DNA of 62,999 nucleotides, the filler included, from Hyphochytrium catenoides (Eukaryota > Protista > Hyphochytriomycota): assembly GCA_900088475.1 (NCBI GenBank). It is 13 parts of 13 records of this genome, joined end to end, with 100 filler letters (N's around TTAATTAATTAA, not from the genome) between each part and the next. Parts side by side here need not be neighbours in the genome. Positions count along the whole stretch, not along the records: positions 1 to 6,271 come from FLMG01002367.1; positions 6,372 to 8,864 come from FLMG01004696.1; positions 8,965 to 13,387 come from FLMG01002449.1; 10 more parts are not named here. One strand, written 5' to 3'. Below are positions 1 to 12,580 of this stretch, in pieces. Position 1 is the first letter of the stretch. Each line of letters starts with the position of its first letter. The translations under genes were made by a program, and so were the position numbers. The notes under the pieces are model-generated. The model saw nothing but the letters and a program-made list of their open reading frames with translations, was not told the origin of the DNA and made no database searches.

Positions 1-159
1 GAGAGAGAGAGAAAGGAAGAGAGAGAGAGGAAGAAGAAGAGAGGAGAGGAAGGAGAAGAGAGAGAGAGAGGAGAAGAAAGAGAGAGAGGATGAGGAAGAG
101 GATGAGGGAGAGAGAATGAGAGAGGCGAGAGAGAGGTCAAACTCTAGCTGCGGTCTGAC

Positions 160-253
160 CCTTGAAGTGTGTCTGCAGGAATCTTCCCTTGACTGCTCCA
201 GGACTGGAGGCGAAGCCATGAAGATAAGCGTAACAGTAGCGGACGCCAGCCAT
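160..253 (-). CDS. YqiA/YcfP (UPF0227)-like alpha/beta esterase, first exon only (gene runs off the window start)
   Basis: Manual translation from ATG at 253 gives MAGVRYCYAYLHGFASSPGAVKGRFLQTHFK, matching the YLHGFxSSPxSxK N-terminal motif of YqiA-family esterases. It is followed by donor G|GTCAGA and a CT-rich intron. Too short for the ORF track. Confidence 0.7.
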
Positions 254-480
254 TGCACCTCTCCCCACTGAGAGGAGAGAGAGAAGAGAGAGATGGAAGA
301 CAGAAAGAAGAGAAAGTAAATGTGGAAGGAGGAGGGATTTCCAAAAGGAGAGAGGCTACCTAGAGACTGACCATTGAGAAGCGTGAAGGGACTGTGGGAG
401 CCAAGCGGGCAAGGACACGAGGAGCGAGGGAATGAGGCCACGGCAGAGAGGGACTTGGGAAAGAGAGAGAGAGAGAGAGA

Positions 481-517
<37 letters not shown>

Positions 518-704
518 TCTTCGTCAGTACAAGCTGCAGCAACAAAAATTCTTCCTTTGGAGATGGTAAGGAGCCAGTATACCACTTCCTAAACCGGTTC
601 TGGCTCTTCGTGCTCGATAGGGAATCTCTTTTACCTGATCCTATTCCGCAAGAGAGAGCAAGGGCAAAAAAGTAAGAACAGCGAAGAGACAATCAGAAGA
701 ATGT

Positions 705-738
<34 letters not shown>

Positions 739-1876
739 GAGAGAAAAAGAAGAGAGAGATTTTTATAAGAGGGAGAGCATGGAAGAGGGAGCTGACGCTT
801 GGCGAGCCATAAAGCGGATGCCATGACAGAAGTAAAGAGTCCCTGAGGCAGGCCCCACCACCAGTCAGAGAGTAAGCCCGCCGTCCTCTCGTCCATGGAG
901 GAGAGAGAGGGAAGCGCCAAGCGTCAGAAGAAAGCCATGAGAATGGCAGACAGAGCGTCAGAAATAACGAGAAGCACGAGGGAAAGGAGAGGAAGCGATG
1001 TGGAAGAAGCTGTGAGACTGCTGCTGAGGTCGGTCAGGCCTATAGCCGTAGGAGGAACAGTCATGCGCGGGGTCTCTCTTTCCAGTTCTCTCCTGGCAGC
1101 TCTCTCCTGCAGCTCTGACGCCCGGGAGCTCACGATCGAGCTCTTCCCGCTAAACGGGTGAGAGGATCCTCCCACTGCGCAGCTGTTTCCTTCTTTCACG
1201 CTGTTTGCTTTTCTCTTGCGTTTCGTCTGCCTCTTCTTCTGCCGCAGCTTTTGAAAGCGGCCATAGTCCTTCCTGTTTGTCGCCTCCTGATAATCTTTGT
1301 TCTACTCTCGTCGTCTCTGTGGCTCCATACCTCCGCTCTGTTCTTTCTCTCTTTCTCTCTCTCTGTCTCTCTGTCTCTCTCTCTCTCTGTCTCTCTCTCT
1401 GTCTCTCTCTCCCTCTGCCTCTTGCCACCTCTCTCTCTGCTTCTTGCTCTCTCTCTCTCTCTCTCTCCCTCTTTCTCTTTCTCTCTCTGTCTTTCTCTCT
1501 GTCTCTTTCCCTTCCCCCCTCTCTCTACGGGTCTCTCTCGCCTCTTCTCTATCTCATTCTCTCTATCTCATTGTCCTCTCATCTTCGCCCTTTTTCTCCG
1601 GGCAGCTTCGATCTTGGACTCAATGGCCTGGTCCTACACGCCGCCACAAAGGCCCTAGACAGGCAGATACTCCAACCTTTGGGCCTCGGATCGCTGCGTC
1701 TCCGTGTCCTCTTACGAGGCTCCTCTTCCTCTCTTTTCCCTCTCACTAAGCAGCTGGCGGACAAGGAGCGGGTGCTCGCGGCGCTAGAGGCGCCAGCTGT
1801 GAGAAAGCTGCTAGGCCCAGACGGAGCTGGAGCTTTGGAGCTTGGGCCAGGTCTTGAGGAGAAGCTTAGGAAGTTA

Positions 1877-1990
1877 ATGACAGAGAAGGAGGGAGAACAA
1901 ACTGGAAAGAGAAGAGGAGCATCGCGGACTATTGGCAGTCTAGAGGAGGTCGGTCCTCAATAACCCACTCGCACCCTCTCTTTCTCTGTA

Positions 1991-2034
<44 letters not shown>

Positions 2035-4315
2035 TGCTCTGTCTTGCTCTGTCTCTCTCTCTCTCTTGCTCCTCTTCCCCTCTTGGCCTTTGTTCTGACT
2101 TCTGAGCCCTTTCCTTGTTGTCCAATTCGTATAACTCCTCCTTCCTTCACCCTCTCTGGCTCTCTCTCTCACGTCCCTATACTATGGGAACTCCTAGTAG
2201 ACAACACCATTGCGCACCTGCTAAAGATGCTCTCTCCATTCCGTTGTCCTGGCTGTGCAGAGGCTGCAGTTGCTCGAGCTGGAAGCACGGAAAGAAGGCA
2301 TTAAGGCGCCTAGCAGACCTGTGAAGCCCTTGCCGTCCGACTGCTGCAATTCTGGCTGCTTCCCGTAATCCTCTTTCACTCTCACCCTCTCTCTCTCTCC
2401 ATTATCTCTCTTCAGTACTCTCCCTCCTCTTCCTTACAAGGTCTCCTTTTTACCCTTTCCACCTCCCCGATGAGCATAATCTGTCCTTCCGTTCCCTTAA
2501 ACTGGGTTCTTCCACTTCCGCTTCGGGTCTGAGCTCATTCCTGAGGTTGTCTCATTATTCTCTCTCTCTCCTCTCTGTAAAAATTCAGCTGCGTGTGGAC
2601 GACGTATTATGAAGAGATGCGCGAGTATGAGGAGCAGCTACAGGGCCTTCTGGCACCAGGGCATCTCTCGGAGAGAGGAAAGGAGATTGCGACGATCGGA
2701 GAAGGCGTTAACAAAGAAGGTAACTCAAATACAGCGTGGAGAAAGGCGGGGCTTATTGATTCACCCCTTCTCTCTTTGAGATATGTCTTTGACCATCTTC
2801 TTACTCTGACGATCTGATCTGTACAAGATGTCTCTGCTGTGTACTATCTCTCTGGTTCCCTCTTCCGTCTGTCTCTCATCGTCACACACGTTGATATGCT
2901 GGCCATTACTCTCATGTTAACGTATCTCTCTCTCTCGCTTGCTCCCTTCGCGTAGGGCCCTCTCCCTCGACCACTCCTTTGACCCAGTGTGAACTTTTAG
3001 GAGCATATCACTATCCTCCTAGCCACTGTCTCTTACATTTGCAGGAGAGACATTCGAATCTTGTGTCAGTCTTCCCTTCGCCACTTTTGGCTTCGCTTAC
3101 CTCGACAGCCGGTATTCATCTTCGCTTCTTGTTCGGGAAGACCGGAGACGAAGGTGGGGTCAAGCCACTAGACGTTCGAGACTCTTCGCTCAGTCAACTG
3201 GACGCTGCTGGCTTGAGAGGCTTACAGAAGCTAATGAGAGAGAGGGGAGAGAGGCTTATAGCGAGAGCTTATACACCTCTCCATCCCACCGTTATCCCGA
3301 GACCCTATGCCTCCTCCATCTCTCTTTCTACAACCGCTACGAATGGACACCAGCCCTCGTTGGAAACCTCATTCTGGGTCTATTTGAAGGTCAGTGTGCA
3401 CACTCCAGGTGCTCTTATTTGACTCTGATGGACGGGAATGGATGTAGGTTTATCCTGGAGGCTTGATCTCTTCTGTGTTAGCTTCACTGAAGCCTGGCGC
3501 AATGCTGATTGCAGGGCTAGAAAAAGGACGAGTGGACCCTGCGCAGCTGGATAAAGAGGGAGAGGTGCATCTCGTGGCTGGTGGGACGGGCATTGCCCCG
3601 ATACTACAGGTGCACGGCATGGCTGTGTCTCGCTTCCTCCTTTTCACCTCTTTCATGACGTTTCTGAAGGCTGTAGTTAGATGTTGCTCCGTTCTGAGGC
3701 ACTGCTAGTGTGAGGCACGACACTTCTTATCTTGGCAAAGCCCTCTATCTATCTTCAGCTCTTGCCTTTTGCTTCTCTTCTGCTGCATTGCTCCCCTGCC
3801 TTGGTGCTGTTACTTCCCCTTTTAGATACTGATATCTGCGATAGCTCTTGCACGCGGGTACGGAAGAACACACGGCCTCTCCTTCTAGTCCAAAGAGAAC
3901 CCTCCTTTATTGCGTTCGGCAGCGGGCCGAGGTGCACTTTAGCCAGTATATCCAACGACTCCTCACCCTCCGGCATCTACAAAGAGTCGTAATAGTCATC
4001 ACGGCAGAGACAGAGGACTCATCGCAGGAAACCCAGGAGGATAAGGGTAAAGATGGAAGGGATGGGACTGGCGCTGAGGTCAAAGGTTTCTTTCCAGGTG
4101 CTGAAGTCCATTATGGGAAGCTTACAAAGCCCTTCTTTATCCAAAACCTGCTACCGCAGAAGGAAGAAAAGATCCACGGGACAGGACGTAAGGCCCCAAC
4201 CCTTTCGCTGGTAATGAGTGGGCCCCCTGGCCTGCTTTCTTTGTGCCGAGAGCTGAACGAGGAGCTGCAAGCTTATACTGGTGGTGTCTTCTCTTACGAC
4301 GAAGATGACTTATAG
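1877..4315 (+). CDS. CYB5RL: NADH-cytochrome b5 reductase-like protein with N-terminal Oxidoreductase-like (Cys-rich) domain
   Basis: Phase-consistent exons 1877-1948, 2261-2364, 2589-2719, 2956-3389, 3448-3609, 3845-4315. Motifs: PSRPVKPLPSDCCNSGCFP|CVWTTYYEE (Oxidored-like), ARAYTPL (RxYTP, FAD), LK|VYPGGLISS, VAGGTGIAPILQ (NADH), TLLYCVR, MSGPPG. Start is uncertain; the frame is open upstream to ~1205. Confidence 0.85.
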
Positions 4316-5487
4316 GTTACGGCAGCCCTGTGGCGACTTTCTACGAATGACTTTCTGCCTGCTCTCTCCTATCCTTAGTAGCGGACTACATCGGCACCTC
4401 TTCTATGGAATTGCCCGCCATGAGAGATCCGCAGAAAAGCGCTGGATGGGGCAGACGCTGGCTCGTTCTCTCTCTCTCTCTCTCTCTTGCCACATTTGAT
4501 GGTGAAAGAGGGTGAGGACGTGAACTGTCTCTACTTGAGAGAAGGGCTGTGGGGTCTACACAGCCTCGTCTTTGGCTCACAAGCGCTATTTGAGGCCGAT
4601 GTCAAGGGCCAATGGCGAGGGAGCTGACCTGCCCCCTCCTATCACCAGGATAATCTCTATGAATCACGCACATAAGGTTTCTCTTCCTTCCGTCGGACGG
4701 CCATATCCTAGTTGACAAGGGCGTAACACACGCTCTCGGGAGCGGACGGCACCTTGTAAGACTTGAAAAAACGTGGTGGGCAAGCAGGGAAATGGGGCAG
4801 GGAAAGGTGGTCTACCTTCTCTGTCGGTCTCTCTAGCTTTCATCGGGAACCATTGCTGCACCAAGAAGACGGAGCAGTACAAATGTGGCGGGAATGGTGC
4901 CCACTCATTTGCGCCGTTTTATGTTTTCCTGTCCTCCCAAGTGGATGATCATTCCGCGTTCCGCAGTAGCCGATGAACAAATCATGCCGGATACGGTTCC
5001 TACTAAGACAATTGAAGCTCTGTGGCCTCGCAGACTCTTACACCTTCCTAGGACGGCTAGCCGGAGCGCCTGCACACCGTCGACGCTTACTATACCCACC
5101 TGGACTGGTAATATCTTACTATCTTAGGCAGGAAACTCAACGTTGAATGTAACAGGCCGGAGGTGCAGCAGGAACAGAGCTTGCAGGAGAGAGCGCTGTC
5201 GAGCAGCACTGAAGTAGCCTCCTACAGCTCTTCAATCCAGTTCCCACACCCTCTCGGTTGAATCTCTCTCTTTCTATGTCTCTCTCTGTCTGTAATGCCC
5301 TTCCCCTACCATCTCTTGCAAAAGATGAGAGGAGGCATATCTTCTTGGTCCATCGTGCGAGAGGGACGATCAGGGGTGTGGTTGGGGGGGAGAAGGAGTG
5401 AATGAGGCAAAATTTGTCCTTGCCCAGGAGAAGAGTCTATAAACGGAACACCAAAGAGGGAGAAGAGAGAGTCACACTAATGCAAAC

Positions 5488-5522
<35 letters not shown>

Positions 5523-5771
5523 TCCGCTCGTGCGGCGAGAGAGAGAAAAAGAGAGAGAGAGGAAGCTTTGTTTTGGGGCTCTCTTCCCTCACAAGTTACC
5601 GTGACCTTTCGCTTTGTGTTCTGCAGTATTGCGGAGGTTTAATCAGCGAGTCACATGACCACAGTCCGCTATTGGACCTCGAGAATCCGCACGTTGAACT
5701 GATTCCGAGGTGCTAACGGCTTGTTGCTTTTACCCTGTGTGGTTTTTCTCTTCCTCTTTCTCTCTCATCTT

Positions 5772-5827
<56 letters not shown>

Positions 5828-6271
5828 NNNNNNNNNNNNNNCTCTCCTCTCTCTCTCTCTCCCCCCTCTTTCACTCCCTCTAGCCTTCCCTGTTTCTTAG
5901 CTGTCTCGCTCTTTCTGTCTCTCTCGCTCGAACAGTCCTCTTGTCGCCGCTTCCTGGCCATTCTCCAGCCGAAGCTACGGACGCCGTCCCTGCCGCCGCC
6001 TCTTTCTTTCTGTCTCTCTTCATTCTGGAGCTTCAGCGGTCTCTCTCTCCCTTCTCCCTCATTCGCTGTTTCTCGTCTCCCTCTTCGTCTTTCAAACAGA
6101 ACCTCTGATCTCTTTTGAGCTGCTGCGCTCTCTTTCTCTCTCTTTACTGTCTTTTGTACTGGTCAACGTTCGAAGCTCTTTCTCTCTTTCTACTACTACT
6201 ACTCTCTCTCTCTCTCTCTCTCTCTGTCTTCCTCATCGATCAAAATGCCGGCTTGGGAGGAGCTGGGGCTG

Positions 6272-6371
6272 NNNNNNNNNNNNNNNNNNNNNNNNNNNNN
6301 NNNNNNNNNNNNNNNTTAATTAATTAANNNNNNNNNNNNNNNNNNNNNNNNNNNNNNNNNNNNNNNNNNNN
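6272..6371. other. Artificial contig-joining linker (N44-TTAATTAATTAA-N44), first of 12
   Basis: The same ~100-bp spacer with a six-frame-stop 12-mer also lies at ~8865-8964, 13388-13487, 14748-14847, 17201-17300, 35530-35629, 37148-37247, 39209-39308, 43809-43908, 55857-55955, 59164-59263 and 61723-61822. Confidence 0.98.
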
Positions 6372-8014
6372 CCGCTCAAGACAGCTTGAAAGCGGCATTC
6401 GTTGAGATTGTAGCCGGAAGAAGGAGAGAAAGAAAACGCACTGAGAAAGAAAGATGAGAGAGCAAGAAGGGGGCGCCTGGTGGTTGTTGCTTTCCTCATG
6501 ATGATGGATATCGGTGGTCTGTAAACAGAGGAAGTAGTTGTTATTGAAAAGGAAAAAGAGAGACTATCTTAAGCCGTGACTTTTAGCGGGACAGCATGGA
6601 ACTCGCTGGCTCCAGTGGGTTCCTGTCTGCAGACGAATTGGAAGATTGAGATGTGGCGGTCCGAGCTCTAGACGAAGGAAGGCATGTGAAATGCTATCCC
6701 CTAATGAAGAGACAATCCGGAAGGGGCAAGAAAAGAGAGAGGAGATATCTGAGAAACAGGATAAGAGTGGGGCAGGCAGACAGGGAGAAGCTGGATGAAG
6801 AAGAGGGAGGGAGAGAACAAAGACATAAGGCCACCAGAAAAACGTCGAGTCATACTAGTATTATCCCCACATAGGATCATCAAAGGATCCAGCTAACTGG
6901 ACACTACTAGGACCAAACGGATAGGGGAAGAAAGCCAAGAAGATCCCTTGTTCTCCCGCAAGAACGGAACGATCTCTTCGTTCTCTTATCACTTCCCGCT
7001 GCTTCCTTCTTCCCGGATCTATCTGTCTTGCCTCTGTCTCCAGCGACACATTCTCTTCTCTTTCTAAATGCAACTCCCCACCAAGGACGCTCTTCACTCT
7101 GGTCCTCCCTTAGATCTTTTGTTGCTCAATCCTAAGAAAAAGTAGGAGACAGAAAAGAGAAACAGAAAAGCTTGCCAAGATTCCTTCTGTCTCTTCTTTC
7201 CTAGCTGCTAGTAGACAGAGTGCCAGCTCTCAGATAGTAGACGCTCACCACCCTGGAATCTAGAGAAAGACGAGGAAAGAAGAGAAACGAAAGTGGCCAG
7301 AGCTTCTTCACGGCTCAGGAGGGCTCGCAAGGCTTATTAGTACGAAGCGAAGCCAAGGATCAAAGTTAACCGAAGAGAAGACAAGGTTGATAGGAGAAAA
7401 TGGATCCCGGTTTGGAAGATCACTGTCCAGTGAAGAGCACAATGGACGCCTTTCACTGGCCTTAGGGCCCAAGAACTCGGTGGTAATGATGATGGGAACA
7501 GATGCACAGAGTGTAACAGAAAGCGGAGCTAAGGAGACAGGTAAAGCGCAGGAGCAAAGTCTCGAAGGAAGCAGGGGAGACAGTCGAGATGGAAAGAGCT
7601 GAGATCAGGTCGTACGCAGCGGCAGGAACAACGATTGAAGGCCAAGAGAGAGGAGCAGACTGCAAAGGAGATGAGTGCTCCAAACAGGCAATAGATAGTG
7701 AGGAAGAAAAGCGCAGTACATGTTCCTGCCTACTAACACGGCCAAGGGAACGCTGAGGAGGAGGAGCGGTCAAGCATCGAGGCAGAACAAAAAAGCACTG
7801 AATCCTCCTCGTGAGAGGGCCATGATGTCAACTGCACCTCCTACCGGATCTTCCTCTCCTGTCCTTCCAGTTTATTATAGGGAGGAATGAAGAAAGGCTG
7901 ACATCACCAGGCGCTAGGGCGGCGAACAGCGACCTCGCAAGACAAGAGGGAGGAGGCGGAGTCCAGCAGGAGGCGAGAAGAGTGCAACTGAAGGCCCTGA
8001 GGGGACGGGGAGAC

Positions 8015-8466
8015 CATTGTTGGCAGGTCCGTCAATTTGACTTGTGGACCATTTTGATTTGACCCAATTTGACCAGGTCCAGATCCAGATTGTTGCTTGT
8101 GGATCTTGACCACCCAGATCAAAGCACCAAAAGATCAGTAAATAATCAAATATTATAGTTAAAATCAAATGAATAATCACAAAAAGATCATATGGGGGGA
8201 TGTACTGGGTTCAAGATTTCTAAAGGCCTGAAGTTTGTTGATGTGTTGATGTGTCTGAGTGGGTCAGTCAGTAATCGGAACTGGGTGATACTCTTACAGT
8301 AGTGCCGTGGTACTGATCTTGGTGGTGTTGACCCAAGCCCAAGTATGATCTGGAAGTATGATCTGGACCATGTTGACCATTTTATTTGGACCATTTGACA
8401 CGATATTGACATGTTGACCGGTCCAGATCCACAAAAACCTTCTGGACTGGTCAATTACCAACAGTG
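8015..8466. mobile_element. Non-autonomous hAT-like DNA transposon (MITE), 452 bp
   Basis: Perfect 8-bp direct repeats GGGGAGAC at 8007-8014 and 8467-8474. Imperfect TIRs: CATTGTTGGCA vs reverse complement CACTGTTGGTA (9/11). Many subterminal TTGAC(C)/GGACC/GTCCAGATCC motifs; composition differs from the GA-rich flanks. Confidence 0.85.
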
Positions 8467-8732
8467 GGGGAGACTGCCTATCATAAGAAAGCAAAAGGCA
8501 ATCTAGAGAGAGGAAAGAGAGAGAAGTTTACCTGGAAGAAGCCACTGAGTTAGAAAGGAAAAGCCATAGTAAACTAGCATGGCCTTGACCCTTCTCTCCC
8601 TCCTCCTCTTGCTGTTGCCGCAGCTGCTCGTGCTCTTCTCTGTCGAGAGGGGAAGAGAGAGAAGAGAGAGAGAGAGAGGGACGGAGATAGAGAGTAGAAC
8701 CTCCAATAAACTGCGCGGATTATAGAACATGA

Positions 8733-8791
<59 letters not shown>

Positions 8792-10819
8792 AAGAGAGAG
8801 AGGAGAGAGTATCCGTGATAAGAGCATCTCCACCGGGGGTCTCTATCGCTATCTCTATCGCTATNNNNNNNNNNNNNNNNNNNNNNNNNNNNNNNNNNNN
8901 NNNNNNNNTTAATTAATTAANNNNNNNNNNNNNNNNNNNNNNNNNNNNNNNNNNNNNNNNNNNNCTCTGTTAGCGCGCCGGTTGGTACGTCGTGACCGGA
9001 CTGCTCTCAACAATTAGCTTCGTAGGCCAAGCCACCGCATCCAAGGACGATGAGGGGGACGAAAGAAGGAGAACAGCTTGAGCCATCTTCGGCAGGAGTC
9101 CTGCAAGCACTTGATCGGGACGGCAGAAGGAGGTCCGTCCTCTCTAGCGGCGTCGAAAAAGCAGAGCGAATAGAAACCCAATCTACCCTCTTTATTTTGT
9201 CTTGCCAAGAACCCCACCTCCGTTCCCTGGAATGATGTCGTAACCTAATGACAGCAATAACCAGAACGAGCGAGATAGAGAGATACAAAGAGAGTGAGAG
9301 AGATCGAAGACAGAAAGCGAGTGAAGTGGATGAAAGAACCAGAGGAAGAAACAAATAAAGAGAGAATAATGAAAGAGGTAAGTATGTAATGCAAGGCAGT
9401 CAAAAAGAGCCGCAGAGCTATTAAGGAGGAAGCTAAGAAATAGAGGTTGTCTCCCTGTTCCTCTATTCTTCTCGCTCCTTGTGACGCAGGGGCCGAGAAG
9501 TAGAGTGAAGGACAAAACGTGAATTATCAAAGTAGAGGTAGCAAGCATGTAGATCAGGAGCAAAAGGATCATCCGGATGGGGAAAAACGGAGGGCGCAAT
9601 TTAAGGAAAGGAAAGATAGTGGGGAGCAGCTGCTAAATAGGATGAAAGAGAGGTAAAAGTGAAGAAACTCTACTCGCTTATGATGAAGAGGGAGTAGACC
9701 ACTAGCTTATGAAGAGGGAGTGGGGTAGTGTTTCTCTTTGCTCTCGTCAACTGTTAAGATATGAGGACGTCTTCTCCTTATTTCGTGTCTTGCTGAGGCA
9801 CTTCTTGCTTTTCTAAGGATGACTGTCAGGAGACACAGGGGATGCCCTCTCCTTCCGTTATTCTTTCCTTGTGTTCTCTCTGTTCCTCTATTCTTTTCCC
9901 ATCTTCAGGTGCTGCTTGATGCCTTTCTTCTTTTCCCTCTATCATCTATTAAAATGAGGGAGAGTACGGAAGATCGTGTGATTTATTTCAAACAAGAACA
10001 TACAAGAAAGAAATTGAAATAAGAATGGAAGGCGAGAAGGAAAAATGATGATGGGGCCCTCTCTTCCGTCCCTCTCTCTCTCTCTCTCTCTTCTCCTACC
10101 ATCTCGTCACCATTTTCTATTCTTTGAATCAATATTTTCCCTTCTCTTAACTACGGCGACGGTCGATCTGGCCCCTCTTCATTCTCCCGTCATATTCGTC
10201 CCCCTTGCTTGAGCTTGACTCTTGGCACCTTACCAAGAAAGTGAAGAGAGAGCTAATGCCAGAGTAGCTGATTTATGCATAAAAGTAGACGAAGAAACAA
10301 AGGAGATAAACGTCATCATCCTTTTCCCCCTCCCCAAATAAGGAAGAGAGCATAAATCCATGCATGCGTTAGGTCCCTCTACCTCCTCCTCTACTACTTC
10401 TTTCTGTATTACATTACGAGGGATAGAAGTGAGGTCATGCAGGAATGGAGGAGAGGAATTACCACAAGCGCGCGCGAGAGAAAGAGGGAGAGAGAGACAG
10501 AGAGAGAGAGAGCACGGGAGGCTAGAAGAAACAGAAGCAGTGCGAAGGGGTACACATAGTAAAGAGGTAGACGGGAGATAGATGCGCAAAAAAGTAGAGA
10601 AAGATGAGGAGAGGCGCAGATACTGTATAATAATATAAAAAGTGTGTCTTATGTTCAAAGGAAGCAGGCTATCGGTTATATGTGCGAAGCGATTGAGCGG
10701 TATCGGCGAAGTCGAAACAAAAGGGAAAGAAAGAGCACCACGAAGAATGTGTATAGACTACAGAATTCGCCAAAGGAGCAGAGAGACGGTAAAAGAACAA
10801 AGGGAGTGTTACAATAAGG

Positions 10820-12580
10820 TTAGGAAGGATCATGGGAAAGTAGTTGCTAGGGTTAGGAAAGAGATATATATACGAAGAGGAAAGGAGAGAAAGAACAGCT
10901 GATGTTGTGTGCATAGGGGAAACAGGTAGGGACCGAAAGAAGCCAGAGGGGGGACGTAGGAGTGAGGGACCAAGATGAAACGTTAGACGCTAATGCTTTT
11001 AGCTGAGTGCTTAATGAGAGTTAGTGTTGGACTTTTGGACTTGTGCTCTTCGTAGGAGATTGATGAATGAATTAGTTGATTGAAGTGACCAAGTGCTCAT
11101 CAAGCTCTTGTCTAGTGATTCTTCTAGAGCTAACTAACTAAACTACGTAAGTCGCTAACTTACTACTGAACTACTGAGCTACTTCCTATATCCAAGTTCT
11201 ACGATGAAAGAGCAACACATGCAAAGTAGATAGAAGTAGAAGGGAGTGAGAGAGAAAGACCTCAGAAGAGACACGAAGGAAGAAAGGCTTTCAAGAGCTT
11301 CGGTCCTTGTGTCCAGTGAGAAGTTCAGAGCGCCATCAGAACTTCCATCTGCGAAGTCTAACGCAGAACCAGCACGGTCTAGTGCAGAGACAGTGCGTGA
11401 GAGACTTTCAGTGCAGAGTCCGAACGCCAGCAGTAACTTCCAGTACTCTTTTCAATGCTGAGATGCATGGACGACAAGAACAAAAGAGTCCAACGGACAG
11501 AAGATAACAAAGGGGTCATTTTCAAATTAGGAAGATCATGGGCGAGCAGTTGCTGATAGAGAGAAAGAATAAAGACGAAGGTAAAGGGAGAAAAGGAGCA
11601 TCAAGATTGTTAGAGAGGACGAAGTCCGCAAGAATGTCTAGAGTGAAGCAGACCGGCAAGTGGAGTAAGGACTAAAGCTGAATCATAGTAGAAGTGACGA
11701 GCGTGTAGTCCGTAAGCAAAAGGGTTAAATAACAGAGAGACAGGTTAAGGCAAGGCTAGATAGTGGTGCGCAGTTGTTATAGGGTGATAGAGAGATAAAG
11801 ACGAACAGCAAGGTGGAAAGCGGGCATCAGACAGGATTTGTGCAGAGGACGGAGTTCATTGAGAATAAATCGAGTAAAACAGGATCGGGGAAGTAGGAGT
11901 AAGGGACACATTGAGGTGCGATTGTTCAACGCGTGTAAAACAGTGTAAACAGGTCAAGGGGACGGTAGAGTCCAAGGGGAGTATACCAAAGTTTAGTAAG
12001 CTAGTGGGACAGCGGTGGTGCAGGGAGAAAAGAGAGATAGAGACGAAGGGCAAGGGAAGGAAAGGGCACGAAGAACACTTGTACAGAGAAAGTTGGCGAG
12101 AAGGGGCAAGCAGATGAAGAAAAAGAGGGTGAATGATTGGAGTAATAGAGTTAGGAGGGTGAAATTCGGTGGGCATTTTTAGGATTAGAAAGGAGTATGG
12201 GCGAGTAAAGGAGCATTTTCAAGTTATGAAAGGTACTGAGGAGGGCTGCAATTGGTACCAGGAAGAAAGAGAGATAAAATCAAGAAACAATGAAGGCGGC
12301 ACCAAGAATATTTGTCAAGGATGGAGTTCACGAGAAGGGGTAGAAAAATGACAAGGGTGAAATAATAGGGGAGTAGGGGGTAGTAGGTAGCCAGAGATGA
12401 GGTAAGTAGGGTGTGAAGCATTAGGGCACAAGCAAGATATGAGGCGGACCGCAATTTAATAGGAAGCATCAGGGCTGGGCAGCAGGTAACAGCAGCTGGT
12501 TAGGGATTAAGAGTTAGGCAGATCGCAATTAGTTAGAAAACAGTCAACGGGTTAGGGAAAGCTCATCGGGAAAGGGAAAG
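10820..12580 (+). repeat. Highly degenerate dispersed/tandem repeat (core TTAGGAAGATCATGGGCGAGCAGTTGCT...AAAGACGAAG)
   Basis: Related copies at ~10820, 11527, 11755, 11993, 12185 and 12552, with ~200-240 bp spacing in the central part. Confidence 0.5.

Noticed and set aside
144-1199. Four same-frame minus-strand ORFs separated by single TGA/TAG, suggesting stop-codon reassignment
   Set aside because: CT-rich strands are naturally stop-poor, and the real esterase exon is in another frame. Conserved genes end normally at TGA (IMPDH), TAA (U2AF, VMA1) and TAG (patatin, CYB5RL).
895-1640. Possible extra CYB5RL 5' exons (895-1157 spliced to 1606) with nucleotidyltransferase-like words (AVGGTV, FDLGLNGL)
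   Set aside because: Phase-compatible, but there is no DxD motif and a simpler ATG at 1877 explains the gene; too speculative without RNA data.
1158-1749. Long LSLSLS/RERERE ORFs (also 16336-16893, 36038-36826, 37196-38424)
   Set aside because: Translations of (CT)n/(GA)n microsatellites, mostly intronic or intergenic.
6316-6327. Recurrent TTAATTAATTAA palindrome (12 copies) as a biological motif or piggyBac site
   Set aside because: Always centred in N runs of fixed ~100-bp total length; it is an assembly linker with stops in all frames.
10744-10764. RMCIDYR, identical to a Ty3/Gypsy RT motif
   Set aside because: No downstream RT motifs (LN, DL..GY, YxDD) in any frame I could read; it lies in degenerate purine-rich repeat DNA.
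10945-11203. Possible solo LTR: purine tract then CGTAG...CTACG-bounded AT-richer segment
   Set aside because: Ends are not TG..CA, there is no TSD and no second copy in the window.
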